A stretch of DNA of 29,292 bases from Nitrospinota bacterium (GCA_022567815.1 JADFGI010000001.1:1-29292), one strand, 5' to 3'. Counted from the first letter of the stretch, positions 9,004-17,524 are shown. The notes: generated by a model from the letters alone, not told the origin. Translations and numbers: made by a program.

Positions 9004-10731
9004 TTACAGGAATTTGTTGGCAAGGGCAATGTCTTCTTCACGATGAATTTCCAGCCAGCCCTGATGAATCTCCAGGAAATTGATGACGAATCCCCGGTCG
9101 ATCATTTCCTGGATCAAGTCTGTGAATGTGAATCGGGCGATGTCGTCCGCCTCTTGAAACTTCCCTTTATAGTTTTGTACGCAATCCTTGTAGGTTTGGA
9201 TAAATTGTTCCGCCCCGGTTTTGGAGAATTTGCCTAGGCCGATGAACTCGTGCGTCGCGGTTTCTGGATTGATCTTGTTGCCGATCTTGGCAAGGATATT
9301 ATCGTAAACGACGCTTATCCGCCTCCTGCTGGGTGGACGTTTGTTCTTGCTGATGATGAAATCCAGAACCTTTCCCTCCTCTGCCCGCTGGTATTGAATG
9401 GTGTTATCCGCCACCAGCACGATGTCTTCCTTGCAGTCCATCAGCTGGGTGATAATGTGGTTTTCCAGGAGGATGTCCGAATATAGCATGAGAAATCCGT
9501 TGTTCATTTTTTCCCTGGCAGTGAAGATACTGTGTAACATCGAGCCGTTTTTATAATCCGCATTGTTTAAAATAGCCACGCTCTCTGCTTTCATCTGGTC
9601 ATGGGCATATCCGGCGACGACGGTGATGTCGGTGAGGTTGGCCTGATTTAAAGTGCTGATCTGCCGTTGCAGGAGGGTTGTCCCGGCGATTTCCATCATG
9701 GCTTTGGGTTTGCCGTTGAGAAGCGGCTTTAAGATAGGGTCTTCTCCGGCGGCGGGAATGATGACAGGGATGTTGGCCAACTGCTCGTCCTGTTGGTCCT
9801 TTTCTTTAATGTCCAGAAACCCCACGGCTTTGAAAATTTCCCGCACCGAAGCGCATAAAGGGTCCGCTTCAAAGGACCTCTGGTTGAGCAAAAGGGTCTT
9901 GGAAACTTCGATCATGGATTTATAGGCGGCTCTCAGCAGGTGATTAGCGTATATGATGATGCGGAACCCGGCGGCGCTCAATTCCTCTTCGGTGATGGTG
10001 TTGTAGGTGGTGGGAACGCAAACGAGCGGTTTGTCCAGATCGAGTTCACGGAGCAGGTGACGGTAGCTTTGCGCAAATTGCAGAATCTCTTCCGGGTTTT
10101 TGGATTTGGAGTGGATCATGATTCCATCCACCCCGGCAAGCAGATAAGTTTTTGCCCTTGCCAGCGCGTCCTCCAGTCCCTTGCCGGCGATGAGGCTTTC
10201 CAGGCGGGCGATGATCATAAAATCTTCGGTGGACAAAACATTTTTTCCGCGTTTAATTTTTTGGGCGAACACATCAGGGTCCGCCAGCGTCTGTTGCGTT
10301 CCCGCTTCGAGACTGTTTCGTTTGGGAAACACCTTGTCTTCAATGATGACCGCCGAAACGCCCGCCCGTTCCAGCTTGGACACCATGTATTCAAAGTTGT
10401 TGGCGTCGCCGCCGGTGTCTCCATCGACTATTAGGGGTTTGGAAGTGACCGCCAGAATTTCCTGGATGGTGTGCAGGCGGGAGTCGAAACTGACCACTTC
10501 AATATCGGGGTGACCCTTGGAAGCGGAATCGGTCAGACTGCTTTCCCAAATAGCGTCGAACTCGCGGGCCACTTTGGCGTCTTCTAGGATGCCTTCGACC
10601 TTCGCATCGTTGGCAACGATTCCGCTCAGTCCGTTGTGCGCTTCCAGAACGCGCACGGTTTTGCCTTCCCGTAAAAGGGATTTCAACTTTCCGCGACGTA
10701 TTTCAGGGAGTGTGTTATTTGCCAGTGTCAT
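9004..10731 (-). CDS. aepX: Phosphoenolpyruvate mutase fused to a C-terminal NTP-transferase (LicC/PntC-like) domain
   Basis: PEP mutase signature EDKVFPKRNS (EDKxxxxxNS), plus VDGDTGG and ARLESLIAG. C-terminal domain (~9004-9771) starts IPVIIPAAG..KPKAMMEIAG and has LYSDIL and WLEIHREED. Confidence 0.9.
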   Translation of the reverse strand: MTLANNTLPEIRRGKLKSLLREGKTVRVLEAHNGLSGIVANDAKVEGILEDAKVAREFDAIWESSLTDSASKGHPDIEVVSFDSRLHTIQEILAVTSKPLIVDGDTGGDANNFEYMVSKLERAGVSAVIIEDKVFPKRNSLEAGTQQTLADPDVFAQKIKRGKNVLSTEDFMIIARLESLIAGKGLEDALARAKTYLLAGVDGIMIHSKSKNPEEILQFAQSYRHLLRELDLDKPLVCVPTTYNTITEEELSAAGFRIIIYANHLLRAAYKSMIEVSKTLLLNQRSFEADPLCASVREIFKAVGFLDIKEKDQQDEQLANIPVIIPAAGEDPILKPLLNGKPKAMMEIAGTTLLQRQISTLNQANLTDITVVAGYAHDQMKAESVAILNNADYKNGSMLHSIFTAREKMNNGFLMLYSDILLENHIITQLMDCKEDIVLVADNTIQYQRAEEGKVLDFIISKNKRPPSRRRISVVYDNILAKIGNKINPETATHEFIGLGKFSKTGAEQFIQTYKDCVQNYKGKFQEADDIARFTFTDLIQEMIDRGFVINFLEIHQGWLEIHREEDIALANKFL

Positions 10732-10736
10732 GGGTA

Positions 10737-10937
10737 CCCCTTACAGGGGAGGACCCCGTTACACGGGGAGGATAAGTTTAAGGCTCCGCTCACTTAGTTC
10801 GCGAGCCCTTGGGATTATTTGGAAACTATTGATTCTTCAAAAACGCACTGCACGTAAATATTTACTCCAACCCACAGGCTGGCTGCACGGCGTGAGGAAT
10901 TTTCCCCCTCGCGGGGCGAGCGCCCTCCGCGGAGGAG
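10737..10937. repeat. Composite family A repeat
   Basis: CCCCT-TAC-AGGGG and CCCCGT-TAC-ACGGGG hairpins, the TTTAAGGCTCCGCTCAC..AGCCC module, the AATATT..CCAACC-CACA-GGCTGG module, and an inverted copy of the CTCGC..CGCGAGGGGGAA module at ~10902-10920. Confidence 0.8.
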
Positions 10938-10960
10938 CTGGCCGCTTGTGGTATGGTCGT

Positions 10961-11227
10961 TCATTGTGTTTTTTCCAGTTGTTCCCGAATCCACGACGGA
11001 ACATAAATCGTTTCCAGTTCAAAATGTTCCAATGCCTTCAGAATAATTTCCGCCTGGCTTTCCGGCTGAAGCTTTTTATCCAGGATGATAAGGTTTTTCC
11101 CCTTCACCCTGCAAAACCCGCTTTCTATGGGGAAGTCATCGTCCGCGAAATTCCCGAATTCAATTTCTATGGAAAGCTTCGCGGCCACCGCTTTCAGATC
11201 TTCAAGCCGGGCATGAGTGTCCATCAT
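10961..11227 (-). CDS. Small hypothetical protein (88 aa)
   Basis: Co-oriented with flanking genes and protein-like in composition (SGFCRVKGKNLIILDKKL..IYVPSWIRE); no family assigned. Confidence 0.7.
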   Translation of the reverse strand: MMDTHARLEDLKAVAAKLSIEIEFGNFADDDFPIESGFCRVKGKNLIILDKKLQPESQAEIILKALEHFELETIYVPSWIREQLEKTQ

Positions 11228-11278
11228 GGATGTGTTTTTACAGAGGTTGCTGAATAAGTATTTAAAATTGCCTCAGGG

Positions 11279-11355
11279 TGTCACCCTGACTGAGCTTGTC
11301 GAAGGGGGACAAAAGGTTAAAAATAGGCTCATGCTTCGACAGGCTCAGCATGACA
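11279..11355. repeat. REP-like inverted pair (TGTC/CTTCGAC type)
   Basis: TGTCACCCTGACTGAGCTTGTCGAAG ... CTTCGACAGGCTCAGCATGACA form imperfect inverted repeats around an AT-rich spacer. Confidence 0.65.
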
Positions 11356-11428
11356 TCAAGTAAATAGTGCCTTGAATATACTTATTCTGCAACCTGTTGG
11401 GAATCGTCTAATTCAAATTCCTGTAATT

Positions 11429-12796
11429 TTAGCCGATGATCCGCATGATATCGTTGTAAAAAGCTAAGACCATCAGACTGAGCAACATGAAAATACCGAC
11501 CTGTTGCGCCCGTTCGCGGCTTCTTTCACTCAAAGGCTTTCCTTTGACCATCTCAATGAGGAAAAAGAATATGTGCCCTCCGTCCAGGACCGGTATTGGC
11601 AAAAGATTCAGGAGGCCCAGATTGATGCTCAACAAGGCCGTTATCCGGATGAGTTCGTTGAACCCCTGTTCAGCTCGGTCGCCAAAAACTTGGAAGATCA
11701 AAATAGGACCGCCAATGCTGTCAGCCGGAATCGACCCCACGACCATTTTTTTGATACTGACCGCGATCAGGTAAATCAACCGTCCTGTTTCCTCGAGGGA
11801 GCGCTCGATGGCGCCAAAAACCCCATAGCTTTCCTCAACCATCTCACCGCTCATGCCAATGCCGATGACTCCGATTTCCACTTTTTTGCCTTGCTCATCC
11901 TCAATCTCCTTGGGTTCCGGAGTCAAAGCTATGATGATTTCCTGACCTTCCCGTAAAATACGAAAGTCCAGTTCCTTACCGGGTTGGTCCACCGCCGCGG
12001 GTTTGAGATCGCCCCAGCCGAAAATAGGTTTGCCATCGACTTTAAGAAGTTGGTCGCCAACCTGCAATCCTGCCCGGTCGGCGGCGGAGCCTTCCTTGAC
12101 ATAAGTTATGTTTTGTACCAGCGGTGTGATGCCGATGAGACCGACGGTTTTTTTGTCACCGAAAAGGTCTGTGGTTTCTTCTGAAACGGGGGTGATAGCA
12201 AAATTTAACAGGGAGGATCCTCTTTCGACCTTGAAATCGAGTGATTTCCCCGGAGAGGCGTGGACAATTTTTTGCAATTGATCCCAAAATTTGACTTGTT
12301 TGCCGTCGATTTCGACAATCTTATCGCCGATTTGCAGGCCAGCCGCCAGAGCGGGAGATTCTGGTCTGATGTTTCCCGTGACCAGGCCCAGGGTTTGTAC
12401 TCCCACAAGGTAAACCACCCAATAAATAGCAATCGCAAACAGGATGTTGAATAACGGACCCGCAAAGGCGATGGCCAGACGGTGCAGGACCGGGGCGGCG
12501 GCAAACGAACCCTCCTGATTCCGGGAATCGGCTTCATAATCTTCTCCCTTCATTTTCACGTATCCGCCAAGCGGGATGGCGGAAAGCAGGAATTCTGTTC
12601 CTCCCGATTTGTAACTGATAATTTTTGGTCCAAAGCCAAGGGAAAACTTTTCCACCACCACTCCAAATTTGCGGGCGGCTAAAAAATGCCCCAATTCATG
12701 GACAAAAATCAAGGCCGCCAGGCCGCCCAGAAAGGCCAGCATTTTGAACCCGAATTGAAATATGGCATCCGGGCTGATAAATGATAATTCAAACAT
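11429..12796 (-). CDS. rseP: RIP metalloprotease RseP (site-2 protease, two PDZ domains)
   Basis: HELGH zinc motif, FSLGFGP, AGPLFN, NLLPIPVLDGGH; two PDZ-like repeats (SPALAAGLQIGD, SAADRAGLQVGD). Confidence 0.96.
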   Translation of the reverse strand: MFELSFISPDAIFQFGFKMLAFLGGLAALIFVHELGHFLAARKFGVVVEKFSLGFGPKIISYKSGGTEFLLSAIPLGGYVKMKGEDYEADSRNQEGSFAAAPVLHRLAIAFAGPLFNILFAIAIYWVVYLVGVQTLGLVTGNIRPESPALAAGLQIGDKIVEIDGKQVKFWDQLQKIVHASPGKSLDFKVERGSSLLNFAITPVSEETTDLFGDKKTVGLIGITPLVQNITYVKEGSAADRAGLQVGDQLLKVDGKPIFGWGDLKPAAVDQPGKELDFRILREGQEIIIALTPEPKEIEDEQGKKVEIGVIGIGMSGEMVEESYGVFGAIERSLEETGRLIYLIAVSIKKMVVGSIPADSIGGPILIFQVFGDRAEQGFNELIRITALLSINLGLLNLLPIPVLDGGHIFFFLIEMVKGKPLSERSRERAQQVGIFMLLSLMVLAFYNDIMRIIG

Positions 12797-12818
12797 TAGG
12801 TCATCTCTAAAAATGGGT

Positions 12819-12863
12819 GCCTGGCCATGAGCGGCCCTTATGAAATAAGGGTCCGCGAGTTGC
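12819..12863. repeat. Hairpin repeat, family C
   Basis: GCGGCCCTTATGAAATAAGGGTCCGC hairpin; flanks align to the reverse complement of 2037-2081. Confidence 0.65.
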
Positions 12864-12920
12864 CTGACAGAAAAATATCGAATTACTAGAAATCCTCATG
12901 GGATGGTTTCCTGACAGGAT

Positions 12921-13021
12921 TTATTCTCACAAGCGGGTTTTATACCCCGTGTCTTGACACGGCTTTAATAATGAAAACTTTTGTCGGGCACCCCGTCTGC
13001 TTGCGGCAGAGTCGTTTATTT
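12921..13021 (-). mobile_element. ~100-bp two-hairpin non-autonomous element, family P (MITE/PATE-like)
   Basis: Colinear with 14314-14415 along its whole length; hairpin CCGTGTC-TT-GACACGG; overlaps the lolA stop codon. Confidence 0.65.
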
Positions 13022-13669
13022 TTTCGAGGTATAGTCCAGCAACTCGACGCCTTCGGGGACTTCGAACTGGAAGGTAGATTCCGGAATTTTCTCATTTATC
13101 CGGATATCGCTGAAATTGATTTCTGTTTTGTTTCCCAATTTATCATACACGGTTGATCCAACGATTTGGTAGCTTTTACTATTCGCCACCAGCACCAACC
13201 GGTCGACGGCGTTGTCTTCCTCTTTGGGAATGAGAACGACGGTGATCAGGCCTTTTTCCTTTGATACTTTTATGACGTCGAAGGAATCTGTTAATTTTCC
13301 CTTACCGGCAAGAAACAGGGCCGGGGTATTGGAGGAATAAATACTTTCTACGGGAACCTTGGTCACTTGCCCCTCGTCGGGGATATATAACCAGAGAATC
13401 TTTTCGTTGCTCACCAGCACCTGAGGCTCCGGGGCGTTGTAAACCCACTTCATTTTCCCCGGTTTTTTGATTTGCACCTTGCCCCTGGCTTCCAGGGTTT
13501 GGTTCATGGTTTTAACATACGATTTTTGTACGAACCGGGCAGTGATTGTTTTAACGGACTCGTATTGCTTTTGAATGGCGTCAAGCGCCTCTTGTTCTTC
13601 ACTGGCGGCGGCGTTCAGGGTACCGCCTGCAAAAATCAGAGTGATTAGGCAAGCAAGTATTTTATTCAT
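13016..13669 (-). CDS. lolA: Outer-membrane lipoprotein carrier protein LolA family
   Basis: Signal peptide; TITARFVQKS, IKKPGKMKWVY..EPQVLVSNEKILWLY..QV, and C-terminal FQFEVPEGVELLD. Confidence 0.88.
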   Translation of the reverse strand: MNKILACLITLIFAGGTLNAAASEEQEALDAIQKQYESVKTITARFVQKSYVKTMNQTLEARGKVQIKKPGKMKWVYNAPEPQVLVSNEKILWLYIPDEGQVTKVPVESIYSSNTPALFLAGKGKLTDSFDVIKVSKEKGLITVVLIPKEEDNAVDRLVLVANSKSYQIVGSTVYDKLGNKTEINFSDIRINEKIPESTFQFEVPEGVELLDYTSKK

Positions 13670-13693
13670 AACGATAACCAGAGCTGAGTGAGA

Positions 13694-14314
13694 TCAATTT
13701 TTCTTTTGCGTGACTTTTCGTTCCGATACTGTGAGGCGGTTTTCAACCATCAGTTGAATGGCCCTCGGATAAATAATGTGTTCCTGTTCCAAAATGCGCT
13801 TGGACAATGCCTCCTCATCGTCCGAATCGTATACGGGGACGACGCTCTGAAGAATAATCGGTCCGCTGTCAACCCCCTCATCGACAAAATGCACCGTGCA
13901 TCCCGAAAACTTGACGCCATGTTCCAGGGCCTGCTGTTGTGGGTGTAATCCTGGAAAAGCGGGAAGCAGTGAAGGGTGAATGTTAATGATTTTTCCCGCA
14001 AAACTATTTATGAAGGCTTTCCCAAGAATCCGCATGAACCCGGAGAGGCAAACGAGGTCAACGGCTTCGGCCCGCAACAGGTCTTTCAATGCCCGGTCAA
14101 ATTCCTCCTTGCCTGAATAAGATTTGGGGTCCAGGAAGACGGGTTTTATCCCGTGATTTTTGGCCCGTTCAAGGGCAAAAGCTTCCTTGGCGTTACTGAT
14201 GACGATGGGAATTTCGGCGGCGAGAGTTCCTTGTTCAATTTGGTCGATAATGGCTTGCAGGTTTGTTCCTTGTCCCGAAACCAGCACCGCGAGTTTGAAT
14301 TTCTTCGATCCCAT
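13694..14314 (-). CDS. purN: Phosphoribosylglycinamide formyltransferase
   Basis: AVLVSGQGTNLQAI, LSGFMRIL, NIHPSLLPAFPG, GCTVHFVDEGVDSGPII. Confidence 0.97.
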   Translation of the reverse strand: MGSKKFKLAVLVSGQGTNLQAIIDQIEQGTLAAEIPIVISNAKEAFALERAKNHGIKPVFLDPKSYSGKEEFDRALKDLLRAEAVDLVCLSGFMRILGKAFINSFAGKIINIHPSLLPAFPGLHPQQQALEHGVKFSGCTVHFVDEGVDSGPIILQSVVPVYDSDDEEALSKRILEQEHIIYPRAIQLMVENRLTVSERKVTQKKN

Positions 14315-14415
14315 TCAATCCCACCAGTGGGTTTTATTTCCCATAGCTTGCTATGGCTATTAAATGAAAATCCTTTTCGGATACCGCGTCCGCTTGTGGC
14401 GGATTCGTTGATTTA
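14312..14415 (-). mobile_element. Family P element abutting or including the purN start codon
   Basis: Minus strand TAAATCAACGAATCCGCCACAAGCGGACGCGGTATCCG..GCCATAGCAAGCTATGGGAAATAAAACCCACTGGTGGGATTGAATGGG; colinear with 23964-24161 and 12921-13021. Confidence 0.7.
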
Positions 14416-14518
14416 TTCAGAGAAAAGCCCATGAAAAAAGATAATATTCCTGATGATGAAAAATTATTCCCCACGCTTTGATTTGAGCTTACCATTAAAT
14501 ATCCAGATAAATCAATGG

Positions 14519-14560
14519 CCAGCGTGACGCTGGACCCAATATTGACGTGCGATGGGTTTT
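14519..14560. repeat. Family A hairpin module, inverted
   Basis: CCAGCGTGACGCTGGACCCAATATTGACGTGCGATGGGTTT is the reverse complement of the module at ~225-265 and 17399-17429. Confidence 0.7.
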
Positions 14561-14797
14561 CTGCCAACACATCCAGGTTTTGTGTGGTTGCTCACCGGGA
14601 AGGGATCAATTAATCAGAACTCTAAAACGCCTTGAAAAATACGAGCCCCCAGATAAGTGAAGGATGAGGTGGGCCTGGAGGATAGGAAAAGGAAATGGTT
14701 TCTACTGCATGTACTTGGCTCTAAGAAATAACTCCATGGACTACCGCACCCGCACCTTAATAACTGGTCCGGCCTTAATGTCGCATGGATATCTGAT

Positions 14798-15241
14798 TCA
14801 AGCTCTTTTCTTTTTCGCTTTTACCTTAGCCTTTTTAATCACTCTTGGTTTCGCCGCACTGACTCTTTGCTTTACAGCCGACCTTCCCAAGCCATGCGAA
14901 ATAAAAGATTGGACAAGTGAGTTCATGGAAACCCCTTCTCTTGCCGCCGTTGTTTCTAATTCTGCGTGTATGAATCTGGGTACTCGTTGGACAAACTTCC
15001 CGCTATATTCGCTTGCCACCTTCGGGAACGATTTTCCCTCCTCCTTAAAGACCTTGAGGACACACCACAAAGCGTCTCTCCCGTTTTCAATTGCTTCTTC
15101 GGGCGTTTCGCCGTCCGATATGCAACCGGGAATGTCTGGGAACGTGATGAGATATCCGCCGCCATCCTCCATAGTCAGAGGCCGAATCTCAAAAGGATAA
15201 ATAAGATCCTGGTATTTTGATTTTTTTGCCAGCTTTTCCAT
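14798..15241 (-). CDS. hicB: HicB family antitoxin with C-terminal ribbon-helix-helix
   Basis: GGGYLITFPDIPGCISDGETPEEAIENGRDAL; YSGKFVQRVPRFIHAEL..EGVSMNSLV; 1 nt downstream of hicA. Confidence 0.92.
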   Translation of the reverse strand: MEKLAKKSKYQDLIYPFEIRPLTMEDGGGYLITFPDIPGCISDGETPEEAIENGRDALWCVLKVFKEEGKSFPKVASEYSGKFVQRVPRFIHAELETTAAREGVSMNSLVQSFISHGLGRSAVKQRVSAAKPRVIKKAKVKAKKKRA

Positions 15242-15242
15242 T

Positions 15243-15470
15243 TCATTCCTCGATCATCTTAATCAATTTTTTGATATAAACTCCCTTGGTTGGCTTGTGG
15301 GCCGGAACACTCAGGATTTTTGCCAGACCCTTTTTCATAAATATAACATGGCTGCCGCCGGGGCTCCTGATTTTAAGACCATAATGAGCGGCAACGGATT
15401 TGACATCCTCGATCCTCCAATCACGAGGATTTTGTTTCATTTTTTGAAGAGTTTTATCTGCACTCGGCAT
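15243..15470 (-). CDS. hicA: HicA family toxin (mRNA interferase)
   Basis: 75 aa and basic, with GGSHVIF (catalytic His) and SVPAHKP..YIKKL; directly precedes hicB. Confidence 0.9.
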   Translation of the reverse strand: MPSADKTLQKMKQNPRDWRIEDVKSVAAHYGLKIRSPGGSHVIFMKKGLAKILSVPAHKPTKGVYIKKLIKMIEE

Positions 15471-15473
15471 AAT

Positions 15474-15520
15474 TATATAGTACTATATATAATACTATAT
15501 GGTGATGGAGAAAGTGTAAA
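15474..15520 (-). promoter_or_regulatory. hicAB promoter with palindromic operator
   Basis: Minus strand TTTACA (15520-15515), N17, TAGTAT (15497-15492); perfect 16-bp palindrome TATATAGTACTATATA at 15474-15489. Confidence 0.6.
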
Positions 15521-15960
15521 AACATTGATTTTTTTAAATTATTTTTATTGGCAAAAAAATTCTCTCTTCTATTTGAAGATTTTAAACTGAGACACTACCA
15601 ATGATTCGACTTGATTGGGTGGGAACGTTTTCCGTCTAAAACCCGGATTTTTTTCAGAATCGGGAATAAACCTGTCAATTAATCTATCTTAATATTGGAA
15701 TTTGAATGAAAGTTTGAATTCCATCCCTTTTTGCGATCCGTCGGCCTATTTTAAACTCCCTGGCCGGCGGATTTTCTTTATTATTTTTCCTGCCGATTTT
15801 CAAGCGTTTTCCTCCCTGGTCAGCCTCATTTACAAAAATCATTTGGTATATAAATCAATATTTTATTGGGATATAAAGGCTTGCGCTGTTAGAGTTATTG
15901 TATTCCCAAAGAAAAAAATCTGTTCACCGAATGATGAAAACTTTGTCCCATGAGGTTTTT

Positions 15961-17307
15961 ATGAATAAGCAACGATATTTGATTTCCCTTCTCCTGTGTT
16001 TTTTTCTGGCACAACCCTTATCGGCTTTTGCGGACCAAAATGCCGATTTGTTGGCCGCTGGCAATCGGGGAGATTATAAAGAGGTCAAGGAGTTGCTGGC
16101 CAATGGAGCTGACCTGGAAACCCGGACGGCCAAAGGCAGTACCGTTCTCATTGTTGCTGTAGCCGCCAAGCATGATCGGATCGCCCACCTTCTGCTGAAA
16201 AAGGGAGCCAGGGTCGATGCTAAAAACCGGTATGACGATACCGCTCTCATCCTGGCCTCAACATTGGGCGATCCCGTTCTCGTTAAAACGCTTATTGACC
16301 GCGGGGCGGATGTCAATGCGCGGAATATGTATGGGTGGAGTCCCCTGTCCAGGGCCGTAAGGTATGGTCATGAAAAAACCGTGAAGCTTTTGATTTCCCG
16401 CGGAGCGGACCTGGAGGCGGCCATCAAGGGAGGCGCCACGCCCTTGATGATTGCTATTAGTGAACATCATTTCGGGGTCGTGCGTGAATTGGTTCGGCGA
16501 AATGCCGATGTCAACATCCATAACTGGAAAGGGGTGACTCCTTTGCAACTGGCGGTTTTCGCCGGTCGCTCCGATATCATAAAACTTCTGCTGGATAATG
16601 GGGCGGCTAAGGATGCCGTCAATAAATTCGGAGATACTGTTTTGTTTCTGGCGACGGAACAAGGGTCGCCGGACTGCGTAAAAGTTCTTTTGACAGCCGG
16701 GGCCAAGGTAAATGTAACAAACAAAAAAGGGTGGACGGCCCTCGCAAGAGCCGTCAAGTTTGGCCGTACCGAAGTCGGCAGGATTTTGATCTCCAATGGC
16801 GCTGATGTGGATGCAAAAAGTAAATCCGGAACCACCCCGCTGATGATAGCGGCGGAACGGGGAAATGTCGATTTTGTCCGAATTCTGCTCGAACACAATG
16901 CCGACCTGCATGCCAGGAGCAGAAACGGAGCCAATGCTTTAATGAGCGCGGCGGCGGGAGGCAACGCGGAGACGGTCCAGACGTTGATTGATGCGGGCGC
17001 GAAAATTAATAAAACGATGGCAAACGGTTCCACTGCCTTGATGATTGCCGCGGAACGGGGAAGGCGGGAGGCAGTCAATACTCTTCTAAAAAATGGAGCA
17101 GATGTTCACGCCAAAAGCAAAAAAGGCTGGACGCCTTTAATGGGCGCGGTTGCCGGGGGACACCCGGACCTTACCCGATTGTTTTTGCGCCAGGGGGTGG
17201 ACCCGGCGGCAAAAAGCAATAATGGCTGGACGGCTCTAAAAATCGCTTCCCAGCTCAAGCGAAAAGAAATGGCAACGATTCTAAAACAAGCCGGAGTCCG
17301 TGAATAA
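15961..17307 (+). CDS. Secreted ankyrin-repeat protein (13 repeats)
   Basis: Thirteen ~33-aa G.T(P/A)L..A...G....V..LL..GAD repeats counted. Signal peptide MNKQRYLISLLLCFFLAQPLSAFA with a GAGG RBS; the ORF track starts earlier, at 15898. Confidence 0.92.
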   Translation: MNKQRYLISLLLCFFLAQPLSAFADQNADLLAAGNRGDYKEVKELLANGADLETRTAKGSTVLIVAVAAKHDRIAHLLLKKGARVDAKNRYDDTALILASTLGDPVLVKTLIDRGADVNARNMYGWSPLSRAVRYGHEKTVKLLISRGADLEAAIKGGATPLMIAISEHHFGVVRELVRRNADVNIHNWKGVTPLQLAVFAGRSDIIKLLLDNGAAKDAVNKFGDTVLFLATEQGSPDCVKVLLTAGAKVNVTNKKGWTALARAVKFGRTEVGRILISNGADVDAKSKSGTTPLMIAAERGNVDFVRILLEHNADLHARSRNGANALMSAAAGGNAETVQTLIDAGAKINKTMANGSTALMIAAERGRREAVNTLLKNGADVHAKSKKGWTPLMGAVAGGHPDLTRLFLRQGVDPAAKSNNGWTALKIASQLKRKEMATILKQAGVRE

Positions 17308-17309
17308 CT

Positions 17310-17496
17310 CCCCGCCACGCGGGGAGGAAAAGCCTGCTACGCAGGAGGGCTGACGCTCACTTCGTTCACGAGCCCTTAAAAGCCATAATGCATAAGACTA
17401 CGTTAACATTGGGTCCAGCGTCACGCTGGCCCCGCCACGCGGGGAGGAAAAGCCTGCTACGCAGGAGGGCTGACGTTCGCTACGCTCACGAGCCCC
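17310..17496. repeat. Family A repeat, 120-bp unit plus partial tandem copy
   Basis: CCCCGCCACGCGGGGAGGAAAAGCCTGCTACGCAGGAGGGCTGACG occurs at 17310 and again at 17430. Confidence 0.9.
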
Positions 17497-17524
17497 GGAA
17501 GAGGTAATTTCAGCAACCCTGGAT

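Noticed and set aside
14334-14570. 78-aa minus-strand ORF upstream of purN
   Set aside because: Both ends are repeat sequence (family A module and family P); no recognisable protein motif.
15583-15599. TAAACTGAGACACTACC, reminiscent of an IS terminal inverted repeat
   Set aside because: No partner repeat or transposase remnant was found in the window; a family cannot be supported without an ISfinder search.
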